From the NCBI GenBank assembly GCA_963979435.1, contig CAXBVE010000004.1, forward strand, positions 1 to 63,312: a stretch of DNA of 63,312 bases, given 5' to 3'. The position numbers were made by a program, and so were the translations under genes. Position 1 is the first letter of the stretch, and each line of letters starts with the position of its first letter. Below the pieces are notes generated by a model, which saw only the letters and a program-made list of their open reading frames with translations, ran no database searches and was not told the origin of the DNA. Positions 28,106 through 40,020 of this stretch are shown here, one piece after another. The stretch is from an uncultured Candidatus Actinomarinales bacterium. GTDB taxonomy: Bacteria > Actinomycetota > Acidimicrobiia > Actinomarinales > Actinomarinaceae.

Positions 28106-29928
28106 TGCAAGATAACAAAACACTAGAAAGTCCACCAGAAGTACAGTTTGCTGGAGTATCAAGATGGCTTAAAGAAAATTTATTTTCAAGCCTAAGCTCA
28201 TCAATTTTGACTGTACTTTCCGTCGCTGCTGTAGTGAGTGTATTTCGAGCGATAATTGGATTTTTCATCTCTCCAGAGAGAGAGTGGACTGCAGTTACTT
28301 ATAATTTACAATTATATATGGTACAGGCGTATCCAGAATCAGACTTCATAAGGGTATGGATAACTGTTGGATTATTAATATTTTTATTAGGACTTAGTTG
28401 GGGGTTCAACTCTCTCAAAGAAAAAGTAATAATAAAAGAATGGTGTGATGGATTACTAAAAGGGATAAGTAGCTTCCTATTCATTGTCTTAATTGCACCA
28501 ACTTCCGTAGATGTTGAGGGAACTACGGTTGAAGTGTTTAGCAACAATACTAGATATATCTGTCTTGCTGTTGGTGTTGGTTTAATTCTTACCGTGTACT
28601 TATTAAGAAAAACCTATCCAAAAAATGAGATTGTAAGAGACAGAATTAGCTTTTTATACTTATCTTTGCTTGTCGGTTCAATTTGGATCATAAAAGTTCC
28701 AACTGTAACTTTTACATCATCAAACGAAAGAGTAGATCCAGACCCATTCCTACCGTTAGCCAATACAACAACCATTCCTTGGACAATTATTTTTGGCTTT
28801 ATGATTTTTGCATACCTAATTGGAAGCTTCTTAAAAGCAAAAGGCAAAGATTCTATGAGTAGATTAATTCTTTCCTCATGGGTTCTTGCTCCATTAGTAA
28901 TAGTGTCTTGGATATATAGAAAACCAGATTTTGGAATGTCAAACATCCTAACGCTCGATATACCTATTGCAGTGACATTCTCAATACTGGGAATTCTTGC
29001 AATAAGGACATTAAATAGTGAGAAAATAGTACCTTATCAAAAATATATCACTTATGGAATGTTGGTTCTATCAATAGTGATATTCTTTTTACCAGTACTA
29101 AGACAATTAAAAATATTATTTTTCATTACATGGCTTTTAGTTTCCGTAGCTCCAACAATTGCTAACTCCAAAGAGTCGGCAAAAAATCTTTCTATTGTAT
29201 GGAGCGTAACAGTCTTTATTCTCGTACTGTTAATGAGAGGAGCATCATCTGAATCGTTAATAGTAGTTCCGGGATCTTCAATCTATGGTGGATTTACACT
29301 GACGTGGTTAATAGCATTTTTCGGAATTGCTATCTCGTTTCCTTTTGGAGTTATTTTAGCTCTAGGAAGAACTTCCAAACTTCCCGTGATAAGAATAATC
29401 TGTACCGCAGTAATTGAATTAGTAAGATCCGTTCCGTTCATCACGTGGCTATTTTTTGGAAGCGTTATGCTCACACTCTTTCTACCTAAAGGAGTAGAGT
29501 TTGATGAAGTGTTAAGAGCAATAGTTGTTACCGCTATCTTTAGCTCAGCTTATTTAGCGGAGAATGTGAGAGGTGGACTACAGTCGATAAGTAATGGTCA
29601 ATTTGAAGCAGCTGATGCTGTGGGGTTAAGCACCCTACAGAGAATAACATTAATAATTATGCCACAAGCATTAAGAGCCGTTATCCCTCCAATTGTAAGC
29701 CAGGTTATAAGTCTTTTTAAAGATACAAGTTTGGTAGCTATCGTGGGATTATTTGACCTTCTATATATTGGATCAAAAGTTATTCCTAATCAATCACAAG
29801 GTGCCAACTTTTTAGGAACCATACAAGAGAATATACTTTTTTGTGCAATATTTTACTGGATATTTACATACAGCTTCGCAAGAAGAAGCATGAAAATTGA
29901 GAAACGATTAGGATTAGGAGAGAGATAA
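28105..29928 (+). CDS. aapM: Amino acid ABC permease (AapM/BztC-like, enlarged)
   Basis: [47 protein letters not shown]. Confidence 0.85.
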   Translation: MQDNKTLESPPEVQFAGVSRWLKENLFSSLSSSILTVLSVAAVVSVFRAIIGFFISPEREWTAVTYNLQLYMVQAYPESDFIRVWITVGLLIFLLGLSWGFNSLKEKVIIKEWCDGLLKGISSFLFIVLIAPTSVDVEGTTVEVFSNNTRYICLAVGVGLILTVYLLRKTYPKNEIVRDRISFLYLSLLVGSIWIIKVPTVTFTSSNERVDPDPFLPLANTTTIPWTIIFGFMIFAYLIGSFLKAKGKDSMSRLILSSWVLAPLVIVSWIYRKPDFGMSNILTLDIPIAVTFSILGILAIRTLNSEKIVPYQKYITYGMLVLSIVIFFLPVLRQLKILFFITWLLVSVAPTIANSKESAKNLSIVWSVTVFILVLLMRGASSESLIVVPGSSIYGGFTLTWLIAFFGIAISFPFGVILALGRTSKLPVIRIICTAVIELVRSVPFITWLFFGSVMLTLFLPKGVEFDEVLRAIVVTAIFSSAYLAENVRGGLQSISNGQFEAADAVGLSTLQRITLIIMPQALRAVIPPIVSQVISLFKDTSLVAIVGLFDLLYIGSKVIPNQSQGANFLGTIQENILFCAIFYWIFTYSFARRSMKIEKRLGLGER

Positions 29929-29930
29929 TT

Positions 29931-30659
29931 ATGAGCATAATCAAATCAGTTGACGTTAAAAAATGGTACGGTGACTTTCAAGCGCTTAAGGGTATAAGCA
30001 TGGATGTTGCTGAGGGAGAAGTTTTAGTTATTGCAGGACCTTCAGGCTCGGGTAAGTCAACTTTCATAAGGTGCATAAACAGACTCGAACAGCATCAAGA
30101 TGGGCAGATATTCGTTGATGGCATTGAGTTAACAAATGACTTAAAAAATATAGAAGCTATTCGTTCAGAGGTAGGAATGGTATTTCAGAGTTTTAACTTA
30201 TTCCCACACCTAACTGTTTTACAAAATATAACGCTTGCTCCTATTTGGGTAAGAAAAAAGAGCAAAACTGAAGCTGAAGAAAAAGCTATGGAATTGCTTG
30301 AACGCGTGGGGATTCCAGAACAAGCAGATAAGTTTCCAGGACAACTTTCAGGTGGACAGCAACAACGAGTAGCTATAGCAAGAGCTCTAGCTATGGAACC
30401 AAAGATAATGTTGTTTGATGAACCAACGTCAGCTTTAGATCCTGAGATGATTAAAGAAGTATTAGATGTTATGAAAGAATTGGCTAAATCAGGTATGACA
30501 ATGATTGTTGTTACTCATGAAATGGGTTTCGCAAAAGAGGTTGCTGATAGAGTAATGCTTTTTGATGATGGTCAGCTTGTTGAAGAAAACACACCAGAAG
30601 AGTTTTTCAACAATCCAAAGAGTGATAGAACAAAGCTATTCTTGAGCCAGATTCTTTAA
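29931..30659 (+). CDS. aapP: Amino acid ABC transporter ATP-binding protein
   Basis: [38 protein letters not shown]. Confidence 0.92.
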   Translation: MSIIKSVDVKKWYGDFQALKGISMDVAEGEVLVIAGPSGSGKSTFIRCINRLEQHQDGQIFVDGIELTNDLKNIEAIRSEVGMVFQSFNLFPHLTVLQNITLAPIWVRKKSKTEAEEKAMELLERVGIPEQADKFPGQLSGGQQQRVAIARALAMEPKIMLFDEPTSALDPEMIKEVLDVMKELAKSGMTMIVVTHEMGFAKEVADRVMLFDDGQLVEENTPEEFFNNPKSDRTKLFLSQIL

Positions 30660-31798
30660 AGCTCACTCCAAAGATTTTTTTCAGCTAAGTCAATAATTGT
30701 TGAACCCATTGCGTATGCTCCATCATATATCGCTTTATGCCCTCCTGAGGTTAACGTAGCGGCTGCATACTCAGGTTGATGATTAACTGCATCACCAGAA
30801 TCTATTGATAGCATCGGATGGATAGATGGCATCGCTAAAGATATATTCCCCATATCTGTTGATCCAAGTCCCGGTCTAGACGCCTCACTTTGTAAGATCA
30901 TTTTTCTATCAACTGATAAAGAGTTTTCCTTGTACAGATCATACATGGTTTTATTATTATCAATTTCCGTATACCTATAATCTGGTGATTCTATCTTCAC
31001 CTCACACTTTGTAGACATCGCAGCTGCATTTACAAAGTTTTTAAAATCACTTTCGATTTTTAATAAATCATCTTCATTTAATGCTCTTAGATACCATTCT
31101 GAACTTGTGTATGAGGGGATAATATTTGGCTTAAAGCCCCCATTAGTAATCACACCGTGCATTCTATTTGTTGAAACCATTTGTTGTCTGTAGGTTGACG
31201 CATTGACAAAAAGTTGGATTTGAGCATCTAATGCATTTATACCCTGCTCAGGTGCTCCAGCGGCATGAGCATCTTTACCAAAAAATTCAACTTTGTATTG
31301 TTGTATTGTTGTAAAAGTAGGATTCACAACATCTTCAACTCCTGGATGTATCATCATAGAACATACAGCATCTTCAAAATTTCCATTTTCTAAGAGTATA
31401 ATTTTTCCTCCACCCCCTTCTTCTGCAGGTGTACCAAGTAATTTAACTCTGATACCTAACTCATCTACAAGTCCTTTTATAGCTAGACCAGCACCAATTG
31501 ATGCAGTTGCAATTATATTATGACCACATGCATGACCAATTTCGGGTAAAGCATCATACTCAACACAGAGAACGATAAGAGGCCCTTCGTTGCCGTATGT
31601 AACCTCAAAAGCAGTATCAAGACCTCCAGTAGGGTAGGCAACCTTTTCATCAAAAGACTCAATAAACTTAACTAAATATTCTGACGTTTTAAACTCTTTG
31701 AATCCGAGTTCAGGATTTTCGTACATCCAGTCGCTGACTTCTGTAAGTTGTTTATGTATGGAATCTAGATTTTTTTTAAAGGTATTTTTTAATGTCAT
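30656..31798 (-). CDS. M20 family amidohydrolase
   Basis: [37 protein letters not shown]. Confidence 0.9.
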   Translation of the reverse strand: MTLKNTFKKNLDSIHKQLTEVSDWMYENPELGFKEFKTSEYLVKFIESFDEKVAYPTGGLDTAFEVTYGNEGPLIVLCVEYDALPEIGHACGHNIIATASIGAGLAIKGLVDELGIRVKLLGTPAEEGGGGKIILLENGNFEDAVCSMMIHPGVEDVVNPTFTTIQQYKVEFFGKDAHAAGAPEQGINALDAQIQLFVNASTYRQQMVSTNRMHGVITNGGFKPNIIPSYTSSEWYLRALNEDDLLKIESDFKNFVNAAAMSTKCEVKIESPDYRYTEIDNNKTMYDLYKENSLSVDRKMILQSEASRPGLGSTDMGNISLAMPSIHPMLSIDSGDAVNHQPEYAAATLTSGGHKAIYDGAYAMGSTIIDLAEKNLWSEL

Positions 31799-33081
31799 TC
31801 ACTTAGTTTAGTAAATGAATCTAATTCATACACTGATAATATGTTCCAAATCAACCAGTCCATCTCCAGGTCTGAAGCAGCTTTAATATTGTTCCTTATA
31901 TCTTCGTTACTATGCCAAAAACCTTGCAAGAATGGCCTAATTTTATCCTTATCTACACCCCTATCCAAAGCATCTGTTAGAGCAGCTGTTATTACTTCAT
32001 AAGGATGCTCATTAGGATTCTGATAACCAAAGGAACCATTTGTATAGTGTGACGGGTAGACCATTGGAGAAATAAAATCTACATTTTCGACAATAGTTTC
32101 AAGATTCTGACCAATGCCTCCATCCTGCTTATTCGTAAGAATATAACCAAAAGTATCTGCTGAAAGTAAGCAACCCTCATTATGAAGAAGCTGCCTAGAT
32201 CTTGAGAGAAAAGAATTTATATTATTAACTCTGTTTTCAAAATCATTTTTAGTATCAAATTGCATAAATTTACTATTTGAATCTGGGTATCTGATGTAAT
32301 CATACTGTATTTCATCAAAACCAAGTCTGCATGATTCTATTGCAATATTGATAATGTAATCTTGAACTTTTTTGCTTGAGGGGTCTAAAAAGAATTGTCC
32401 ATTTTGCGAATATGGTTTATTTAATCGTGAGTCAAATACTGCTTCATCTGGAAATACTTTTACAAATAAAGGGTCTTGAAAAACAACTAATCGACCAACT
32501 AAATAAATGTCTTTAATTTCTCTAAGTTCTTGCAGGTCATTGTTAGTAAATTTAACTCGTTCATTATTTAAATATATAACTTCATCTATTTCAGTATCAA
32601 AAAGTATATGACCATTGTCTGTCTTCACATCAATTACAAGTGTATTTACATCAGTGTTGGTCAAAATCTTTTCTATACTCTCTCTTTTACTAGGGTTGTT
32701 AAATAAATATCCATTTAAGTAGATACCTCTAATTTGATCATTCTCTTTTTTAAATTTATTAATTTTCATAGATGCATATATTGTTGCATTTTTTAGAGCT
32801 ATTTCCTGCAACTGAACGTCTATACCACTTAAAAGAATTTCACTATATGCATCTAGATTTGATCGCAATACAGCCATATCATAATTTTCCATAACCTGCT
32901 TAATTGTATTTATATGATCTTTTTGAGAGAGGACGTAGATTGTTGTCTCTGTAGTCTTTAATTGAGATATTGCTACTTCTTCATTTTCCATCTCTTCACT
33001 CAATTTCTGAGGATATAAAAAAATTAGTAAGAATAACATGATTACAGTAACTAAAAATATATTAAAAAATATTTTCCTCAT
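31795..33081 (-). CDS. Putative glycoside hydrolase (DUF4015-like), N-terminal TM anchor
   Basis: RGIYL, VIDVKTDNG, VFQD, GFDEIQYDYIRYP, IGQ, SPMVYPSHY, RPFLQ. Confidence 0.8.
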   Translation of the reverse strand: MRKIFFNIFLVTVIMLFLLIFLYPQKLSEEMENEEVAISQLKTTETTIYVLSQKDHINTIKQVMENYDMAVLRSNLDAYSEILLSGIDVQLQEIALKNATIYASMKINKFKKENDQIRGIYLNGYLFNNPSKRESIEKILTNTDVNTLVIDVKTDNGHILFDTEIDEVIYLNNERVKFTNNDLQELREIKDIYLVGRLVVFQDPLFVKVFPDEAVFDSRLNKPYSQNGQFFLDPSSKKVQDYIINIAIESCRLGFDEIQYDYIRYPDSNSKFMQFDTKNDFENRVNNINSFLSRSRQLLHNEGCLLSADTFGYILTNKQDGGIGQNLETIVENVDFISPMVYPSHYTNGSFGYQNPNEHPYEVITAALTDALDRGVDKDKIRPFLQGFWHSNEDIRNNIKAASDLEMDWLIWNILSVYELDSFTKLSE

Positions 33082-33143
33082 GTAATCAATTTAAATAGAA
33101 CAGTTTCTTATTAAAAGCTTTTAAATTAGTTTTATAATGCTTT

Positions 33144-33893
33144 ATGTCTAATAGTTCATTCCAAAAAGCAGAAAAGTTTTTCGAAGTTCCTGTAATGATT
33201 TCTGTTTTAATGCTGATACCTGTTCTAGTAATTGAGTACACGCAACAGACCCTTGAGCCAGTAGCTTTATATTTAAACTGGGGAATATGGACTGTTTTTT
33301 TAGTCGAGTATGTCGTTTTATTCTATTTTTCTGAGAATAAGATAGATTTCATCAAATCTCACAAAATAGAGTTAATCATTGTTATTTTCTCATTTCCAAT
33401 TGTTCCAGAGGGGTTGGAGTCTTCTGGATTTTTAAGATTTGCTAGACTTCCAAGACTTTTAAATGCATTAAGATTTTTTAGATTAGCAGCCCTACTAAAC
33501 AGATTTGCAGCAACTGTTAAAGCTATATTTAATTCAAAAGGGTTGAGATTTATTGTATACGCAACCATAGCCATTGTTTTATTCTTTGGTTTTCTTTTTT
33601 ACATATCAGAACCAGATGTACAGACCTATAGTGATGGCTTATGGTGGGCTCTTGTAACTATAACTACAGTTGGTTATGGAGATATCACTCCACTCACAAA
33701 TCTTGGTCGCATTATTGCAAGCGCCTTGATGGTTATGGGCATAGGTTTCATTGCTACGATTACAGCAGCAGTTTCTTCCTACTTTATTTCAAGCTTTGGA
33801 GACAAAGATATAACCATGAAAGATTTAGCAAAAAAACTGGATAAACTAGAGGTAGAAATTCAAAATTTAAAAAGGGAAAACAATGGCAAGTGA
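33144..33893 (+). CDS. 6-TM potassium channel (KvAP-like)
   Basis: WWALVTITTVGYGD selectivity filter; Arg-periodic S4-like segment RFARLPRLLNALRFFRL. Confidence 0.9.
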   Translation: MSNSSFQKAEKFFEVPVMISVLMLIPVLVIEYTQQTLEPVALYLNWGIWTVFLVEYVVLFYFSENKIDFIKSHKIELIIVIFSFPIVPEGLESSGFLRFARLPRLLNALRFFRLAALLNRFAATVKAIFNSKGLRFIVYATIAIVLFFGFLFYISEPDVQTYSDGLWWALVTITTVGYGDITPLTNLGRIIASALMVMGIGFIATITAAVSSYFISSFGDKDITMKDLAKKLDKLEVEIQNLKRENNGK

Positions 33894-35574
33894 ACAGTTA
33901 GTAAAGTTATCAGATGATTTTTTTCAGCACTCTTTAGATTCTTCACCTACTTCAGCAATTATGCGAGGACACAAGAGCTATTTTGATAAAATTGAAGAAC
34001 TTACAGAAGAAAAATTTGACCAAGAATCACAATCGGTAAACGAAGCAACAGCTAGATTAACTGCAATTGATTTTGACTCTCTTACCGATAGAGAAAAAGT
34101 CACTCATGGAATGCTTGAGTTTGCACTTAGCTCACAAAAAGATTCTTTATTAGACAGGGGTTGGGAATTTTCTGCTGGTGTCGCAGGTTTCACTGGTTTT
34201 CTAATTGATTACAATCAGCAAATGTTCGTACCAGACCAAGAATCAGCAGATTTACTTTTAAAAAGATTAGAACTTTACAAGCGATTATTTAATCAAATAG
34301 CAGATGTTCAGAAATTAGGATTAGATAATAATAGAGTAGCTACCGAAAGAAATATTTTAAGAACTATCGATCAACTAGAAAACTACTTAGATACAAGTCT
34401 CGAAGCGGATCCATTACTTATGGTTAATTTTGCGCCATCGATTTCAGATTCTGAAGTATCTAGCTGGAAAGATAAAGCAAAGGGAATTATTGAAACCAAT
34501 ATAAGACCAAGTGTCTTAGCTTATTTAGAACTCTTAAAAACAGAGCATCTTCCAAGAGGTAGGTCTGATGACAAGTCAGGGATTATGTGGATTGAAGGAG
34601 GAGAAGACAGATATTTAAGGAGTCTAAGAAAATTTACAGGACATAAAGACATAACTGTAAAAGAAGTACATGAAGTTGGTATGTCTGAAATTGAAAGACT
34701 AAAAAAAGAGTTTTTTCAGATAGGAAAGGGTGTATTTGATGAAGTCAGTACACCAGAAGATGTCATCCATAAAATGCAAACTGACCCATCTATGAGATAT
34801 GAAAGTAAAGAACAAATGCTGAAACTCGCTGTTGATACCATAGAGAGGGCCTATAAACCATTAGGAGAATGGTTTACTGTGTTTCCAAAGTCTCCCTGCA
34901 AAGTCCTTCCGGTGCCTGCAGAGGCCGAACAACATGCCCCACCTGCTTATTACTATCCACCATTACCTGATGGATCCAGAGATGGAACTTACTTTCTAAA
35001 TACCTATAAAGCTGAAACTAAAAGTATTTTCGAAGCTGAATCTGTTGCTTTCCATGAAGCAATACCCGGACACCATTTGGACAGGACTATAGCTGTAGAG
35101 TTACAAGATGTTCCAAACTTTCAGAGATATGTTGCTTCAACTGCTTTTGTTGAAGGTTGGGGGTTATATTCGGAACAACTAGCTAATGAAATGGGCCTGT
35201 ACTCCAATGACGTACAACAACTAGGAAGACTTGGTAATGATGCCTGGAGGGCATGTCGTTTAGTACTAGACACAGGAATGCATGGTATGGGCTGGTCTAG
35301 AGACAAGGCTGTTGAATTCTTTAGAGCAAATTCACCCATAGAGGAGCTAAATGCGAATGTTGAAACCGACAGGTATATTGCTTGGCCGGGACAAGCTTGC
35401 TCTTATAAGATGGGTCAGTTAAAAATAGAAGAACAGAGAAGAAAAGCGGAAGACGCTCTAGGTGAAAATTTTGACATTAGATATTTTCATGATGAAGTTT
35501 TATGTGACGGAGGTATAACACTTCCAATTTTAGAAAATAAAATTGACGCTTTTATCACAAAGCATAAAAGCTAA
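33883..35574 (+). CDS. DUF885 family protein
   Basis: HEAIPGHH, EGWGLYSE, RACRLVLDTGMH, RYIAWPGQACSYKMG. Confidence 0.9.
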   Translation: MASEQLVKLSDDFFQHSLDSSPTSAIMRGHKSYFDKIEELTEEKFDQESQSVNEATARLTAIDFDSLTDREKVTHGMLEFALSSQKDSLLDRGWEFSAGVAGFTGFLIDYNQQMFVPDQESADLLLKRLELYKRLFNQIADVQKLGLDNNRVATERNILRTIDQLENYLDTSLEADPLLMVNFAPSISDSEVSSWKDKAKGIIETNIRPSVLAYLELLKTEHLPRGRSDDKSGIMWIEGGEDRYLRSLRKFTGHKDITVKEVHEVGMSEIERLKKEFFQIGKGVFDEVSTPEDVIHKMQTDPSMRYESKEQMLKLAVDTIERAYKPLGEWFTVFPKSPCKVLPVPAEAEQHAPPAYYYPPLPDGSRDGTYFLNTYKAETKSIFEAESVAFHEAIPGHHLDRTIAVELQDVPNFQRYVASTAFVEGWGLYSEQLANEMGLYSNDVQQLGRLGNDAWRACRLVLDTGMHGMGWSRDKAVEFFRANSPIEELNANVETDRYIAWPGQACSYKMGQLKIEEQRRKAEDALGENFDIRYFHDEVLCDGGITLPILENKIDAFITKHKS

Positions 35575-35728
35575 ATAAAAAGATAAGTAAGTTTTCAACA
35601 CCATAAGTAGGGTGATTAAATATAGCTGTAACAGGTAAACCAAATGATATTACATTTATTACAAGTATCTCAAGAACAGCAAAGCCCCTAATAAAGTCGA
35701 GGTTAGTAATTCTTTGAGAAGAATTCAT
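35555..35728 (-). pseudogene. N-terminal fragment of a DUF418/YeiB-like membrane protein
   Basis: Manual translation MNSSQRITNLDFIRGFAVLEILVINVISFGLP... (57 aa) resembles the family N-terminus RIxxLDxxRGFAxLGILxxN, then runs into the convergent DUF885 gene. Confidence 0.6.
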
Positions 35729-35944
35729 TTATTCTTCTTCGATATAACTTTTATTAAACATCCAAAGTATTGTGTAAGCCAGAGCAAGACCGAATATATA
35801 AAAATTAAAGTTAGACAGTTCATTGATTTCCAATGCAAAAATACCATCCACTATAGCAATTACAACTCTAAGAAATATTCCAGAAGCAATTAACCTACCG
35901 AAGCTAAATTTTTTTAAGAGTGAGATAAAGTTACCAGTGTCCAT
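35729..35944 (-). CDS. Small two-TM membrane protein
   Basis: 71 aa, hydrophobic, 8 nt downstream of hspR. Confidence 0.6.
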   Translation of the reverse strand: MDTGNFISLLKKFSFGRLIASGIFLRVVIAIVDGIFALEINELSNFNFYIFGLALAYTILWMFNKSYIEEE

Positions 35945-35952
35945 TGAGGTTA

Positions 35953-36342
35953 TTATATATTTTTCTTTATTGACTTGTTTGTTTCTTTAACAATTTCATT
36001 CTTGTAGCTTTGGTGAATATCTTTTTCATTTCTTGAATATTGAATTTTTTCTTGGCTCAATTCATCCTGCAACAAAACAATAGTTTCTTGCAACTCTTCA
36101 ATTTTATCTCTCATTTCATAAATTATTTTTATTCCGTCCAGATTGATTCCTCTTTGAGATAAATCCTGTATCTGAATTAGTTTATCTATATCACTTTGAG
36201 AATATCTTCTAGTTCCTCCACCTGTTCTGTATGGCTTGATGAGACCTTTTTCTTCATAACTTCTTATGGTTTGTTGATGTATGCCAGAAAGTGTAGAAGC
36301 TACAGAGATAAAATAAATCGCAGTAGAACTCTCTCTATTCAT
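35953..36342 (-). CDS. hspR: Heat-shock repressor HspR (MerR family)
   Basis: YFISVAS..GIHQQTIRSYE.KGLIKPYRTGGGTRRYS, located after dnaJ. Start placed at ATG 36342 overlapping the dnaJ end. Confidence 0.9.
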   Translation of the reverse strand: MNRESSTAIYFISVASTLSGIHQQTIRSYEEKGLIKPYRTGGGTRRYSQSDIDKLIQIQDLSQRGINLDGIKIIYEMRDKIEELQETIVLLQDELSQEKIQYSRNEKDIHQSYKNEIVKETNKSIKKNI

Positions 36343-37414
36343 ATAAATAATCTCTAGGGGTATCTCCAGATTCAAACTGATCCCTGAAGCTTTCCAAATG
36401 TTTTTTTGCTGACCTAGAAAGATTCTGTGGAGGATTTAAATAAACTTTTACATACAGGTCTCCAGATCTTCTCCCCTGAGGGGTTATCCCTTCACCCTTA
36501 ACTTTAAAAGTTTTACCGCTTGGTGTTCCTGAAGGAATTTTTAGTGATATTTGTTTTTCAAGTGTTGGAATTTTAATTGTTGCACCCAATGCAGCTTCTG
36601 TGAAAAGAAGAGGAACTTCCAATACTAGGTCACTACCGCTTCTTTTAAAGTATTGATGTGGCTCAACAGCTATTTGGACAAGTAAGTCTCCATCAGGTGC
36701 CCCATTGTCACCTGTACCCCCATACCCTCGGAGTCTGATAACCGTTCCATTGTCTACACCAGCAGGAATCTTTACCTTGATTGTTTCACTCTTGATTACA
36801 ACTCCTTGTGCTTTACAGGTCTTACACTGCTTGTCTATAACACTTCCTTGACCTCTACATGCTTGGCATGGTTGTGCAAAAGAGAAGAAACCTTGATTTG
36901 AAGCAGTTTGACCTGAGCCTCCACAAATATTACATGTATGGTATGCATTTCCATTTTCCGAACCATTCCCTCTGCAGTCTGAACATGAAACCTCTTTCCT
37001 TAATGGAACATTTGTTTCTAAACCTGAGGCAGATTCTACAAATGAAATAGTTAAATTAGTTTGGTAGCTCTGACCCTTCCTTCTTCCAGCTCCACCAAAA
37101 CCAAAAATATCTCCTAAATTACCAAATATATCTCCAAGATCTTCTGCATTAAATCCACCACCTTGACCACTAAAAGCAGATGGCCCCATGGCTCTTACTT
37201 GATCATATTCTTGTCGCTTTTTATCATCAGCAAGAACAGAACTAGCTTCGGATATATCTTTAAATCTTTTCTCAGCTTCTGGATCACCTGGATTAAGGTC
37301 CGGATGATTTTCCCTAGCAAGTTTTTTGTAGTTTTTCTTTATTTCATCTATTGATGCATTTTGAGACACACCAAGGACTTTATAAAAATCTTTTTCTAAC
37401 CAGTCCCTATTCAC
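36335..37414 (-). CDS. dnaJ: Chaperone DnaJ
   Basis: HPD J-domain, G/F region, four CxxC zinc-finger repeats. Confidence 0.96.
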   Translation of the reverse strand: MNRDWLEKDFYKVLGVSQNASIDEIKKNYKKLARENHPDLNPGDPEAEKRFKDISEASSVLADDKKRQEYDQVRAMGPSAFSGQGGGFNAEDLGDIFGNLGDIFGFGGAGRRKGQSYQTNLTISFVESASGLETNVPLRKEVSCSDCRGNGSENGNAYHTCNICGGSGQTASNQGFFSFAQPCQACRGQGSVIDKQCKTCKAQGVVIKSETIKVKIPAGVDNGTVIRLRGYGGTGDNGAPDGDLLVQIAVEPHQYFKRSGSDLVLEVPLLFTEAALGATIKIPTLEKQISLKIPSGTPSGKTFKVKGEGITPQGRRSGDLYVKVYLNPPQNLSRSAKKHLESFRDQFESGDTPRDYLYE

Positions 37415-37937
37415 TATGGACTTTTACCATAGCCGGTCGTAGTAATCGACCGTCTATTTCATAACCTTTTCTGAGGACTTCTCCAACCAATTCTTTATCA
37501 CCCTCACCTGATTGCTCAACAGCTTCATGATAGGAAGGGTCAAAAGGTTCCCCAATGCCAGGTACTTCTTTTACATTGAATGTATCTAGAAAGACTTGAG
37601 TCATTTTATAAAGAGCTTCTATTTCCGTTGGAGTGCCATCTTGGTTCATTGCAATCTCAAAATTATCTATTAGAGGTAGCAGTGTAGAGATGATCATTGA
37701 AAGAGAAGTAACAGTACTCATACTTTTTTCTTTTTCAGCTCTTTTTTTGAAATTCTCAAAGTCTGCTGCAAGTCTTAAGTAATCATCCTTAATTTTCTCA
37801 TACTGCTCAAGGGGAACTGAATGAGCTTCTTCATTATCGGAAGTCTCTTCAGGAACCTCTTCAGAAGTCTCTATATCTTCAGGAACCTCTTCAGAAGTCT
37901 CTATATCTTCAGGATCAGTACTTTCATTTTTATTCAT
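37407..37937 (-). CDS. grpE: Nucleotide exchange factor GrpE
   Basis: [40 protein letters not shown]. Start placed at 37937; the track starts at 37949. Confidence 0.95.
   Translation of the reverse strand: MNKNESTDPEDIETSEEVPEDIETSEEVPEETSDNEEAHSVPLEQYEKIKDDYLRLAADFENFKKRAEKEKSMSTVTSLSMIISTLLPLIDNFEIAMNQDGTPTEIEALYKMTQVFLDTFNVKEVPGIGEPFDPSYHEAVEQSGEGDKELVGEVLRKGYEIDGRLLRPAMVKVHSE
37846..37914. repeat. 30-bp tandem repeat (about 2.3 copies) in the grpE N-terminus
   Basis: TCTTCAGGAACCTCTTCAGAAGTCTCTATA repeated exactly; encodes [10 protein letters not shown] twice. Confidence 0.9.
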
Positions 37938-39747
37938 CTTCTTCCACAACTTCGCCGTCTACAACATCTTCACTTTCTGCATCATCAAAAGATGTGTTTT
38001 CTGCTTCTTGTTGGGCTTCAGCATATAGCTTCTCTGCGAATGATTGACTTGCTTTGGTTAGTTCCTCAATAGAATTTTTGATTTCATCGAGAGTGGCTTC
38101 ATCATTCTCAAGCACCTTAGAAAGTGCATCTTTTCCATCTGTCATAGCTGTAACTTCTTCTTCAGTAGCTTTATCTTTATTTTCTTCAAGCATTTTTTCA
38201 GTAGAAGTAACCATACCTTCAGCTAAATTCCTAGTTTCAATAAGTTCTTTCTTTTGAGCGTCTTCATTTGCATGAGTCTCAGCATCCTTGATCATTCTTT
38301 CTATTTCATCGTCCTCAAGGGCAGTTCCACCAGTGATAGTAATGTTCTGCTCTTTGCCGGTACCAAGGTCTTTTGCATTCACATTAACAATTCCATTTGC
38401 ATCAATATCAAATGTAACTTCAATTTGAGGAGTACCCTGTTTAGCAGACGGTATCTCAGTTAATTTAAATTTACCCAATGATTTATTACCTGAAGCCATC
38501 TCCCTTTCGCCTTGAAGAACATGGATTTCAACTTCTGTTTGACCATCTTCAGCTGTAGTAAACGTTTCAGATCTCTTAGTAGGAATAGTTGTATTCCTCT
38601 CAATCATCTTTGCAACGATTCCACCTTTAGTCTCAACTCCGAGGGTCAATGGAGTAACATCAAGAAGTAACACATCTTTTACATCACCTTTTAATACTCC
38701 AGCTTGAATAGCTGCCCCAGATGCGACAACTTCATCAGGATTAACTCCTTTGTGAGGATCTTTTCCAGTCATAGTTTTAACTAGAGCTTGGATTGAAGGT
38801 ATTCTTGTTGATCCACCAACTAAAATAATATGATCAATATCTGAAAATGAAAGACCTGCATCATCAATAGCTTTATTTACTGGTTCTTTTGTTCTATCAA
38901 CTAAATCAGAAGTAATTTTTTCAAATTCACTTCTAGATAACTTTTCTAGTAAATGCTGGGGGCCAGCATCATTTGCAGTAATGAATGGTAAATTGATTTC
39001 TGTCTCGCTAGTTGAGGAAAGTTCAATTTTTGCTTTCTCAGCACCCTCTTTTATTCTTTGCATAGCCATCTTGTCATTTGAGATATCAATACCAGTTGAT
39101 GATTTAAACTTTTCAACCAACCAGTCCATTACTTTCTCATCCCAATCATCCCCGCCAAGTTTAGAATCACCAGCTGTTGACTTAACTTCGAAAACACCTT
39201 CTGAAATTTCTAATACTGACACATCAAATGTTCCACCACCTAGGTCATAAACTAATATTTTCTGATCTTCGCTATTTTCTAAACCATAAGCTAAAGATGC
39301 AGCAGTAGGTTCATTGATAATTCTTAATACATTTAGGCCTGCTATTTTCCCAGCCTCTTTTGTAGCCTGACGTTCAGCATCATTAAAATATGCTGGAACA
39401 GTAATTACAGCTTCGGTTACATCTTCACCAAGATATGCTTCTGCATCTCGCTTTAGTTTCTGTAAAATTCTTGCTGATATTTCTTGGGGCGTATAATCAC
39501 TACCTTCAAATTTTTGCTTCCAGGTAGTTCCTATCTCTCTTTTAATTGATCTTATAGTGTTATCAGGATTTGTTATTGCCTGCCTTTTAGCAAGTTCACC
39601 AACAAGAACTTCTTCACCTTTAAAAGCTACTATTGATGGTGTAGTTCTATTTCCTTCTGCATTTGCGACTACGGCGGGTTCTCCACCTTCTAATACTGCA
39701 ACTACACTATTGGTTGTTCCTAGGTCAATTCCTACTGCTTTTCCCAT
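37930..39747 (-). CDS. dnaK: Chaperone DnaK
   Basis: [35 protein letters not shown]. Confidence 0.98.
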   Translation of the reverse strand: MGKAVGIDLGTTNSVVAVLEGGEPAVVANAEGNRTTPSIVAFKGEEVLVGELAKRQAITNPDNTIRSIKREIGTTWKQKFEGSDYTPQEISARILQKLKRDAEAYLGEDVTEAVITVPAYFNDAERQATKEAGKIAGLNVLRIINEPTAASLAYGLENSEDQKILVYDLGGGTFDVSVLEISEGVFEVKSTAGDSKLGGDDWDEKVMDWLVEKFKSSTGIDISNDKMAMQRIKEGAEKAKIELSSTSETEINLPFITANDAGPQHLLEKLSRSEFEKITSDLVDRTKEPVNKAIDDAGLSFSDIDHIILVGGSTRIPSIQALVKTMTGKDPHKGVNPDEVVASGAAIQAGVLKGDVKDVLLLDVTPLTLGVETKGGIVAKMIERNTTIPTKRSETFTTAEDGQTEVEIHVLQGEREMASGNKSLGKFKLTEIPSAKQGTPQIEVTFDIDANGIVNVNAKDLGTGKEQNITITGGTALEDDEIERMIKDAETHANEDAQKKELIETRNLAEGMVTSTEKMLEENKDKATEEEVTAMTDGKDALSKVLENDEATLDEIKNSIEELTKASQSFAEKLYAEAQQEAENTSFDDAESEDVVDGEVVEEDE

Positions 39748-39780
39748 TTATATTTCCTTTCTAAAAAATATGTATATTAG

Positions 39781-39984
39781 TTAAATGTTTGGTTCTTGAT
39801 CTCTTGATAAATGTCCTCTAACCCTTGGATAGGAGACTGGTGAATGCAAGAAACAATACTTTTTCTTGTTGTAAATGCTTATTTGAGTCTCACAAGACGA
39901 AAACTCACAAACGCGACCAGATGTATATTTTTTTGATCGTCTAACTCCAGGTTTTACTGAAGAAGCTGTTAATGTACTACTCAT
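39781..39984 (-). CDS. Small putative zinc-finger protein (C-x4-C-x12-C-x2-H), paralog 2
   Basis: AAGGA Shine-Dalgarno; 33 nt upstream of dnaK on the same strand; paralog of 15962-16156. Confidence 0.85.
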   Translation of the reverse strand: MSSTLTASSVKPGVRRSKKYTSGRVCEFSSCETQISIYNKKKYCFLHSPVSYPRVRGHLSRDQEPNI

Positions 39985-40020
39985 TATTATCCTTTCTTAT
40001 CTATATCTTATTATATATAT

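Noticed and set aside
37846-37914. 30-bp repeat as a CRISPR array
   Set aside because: Copies are contiguous with no spacers, are in frame within grpE, and no cas genes are present
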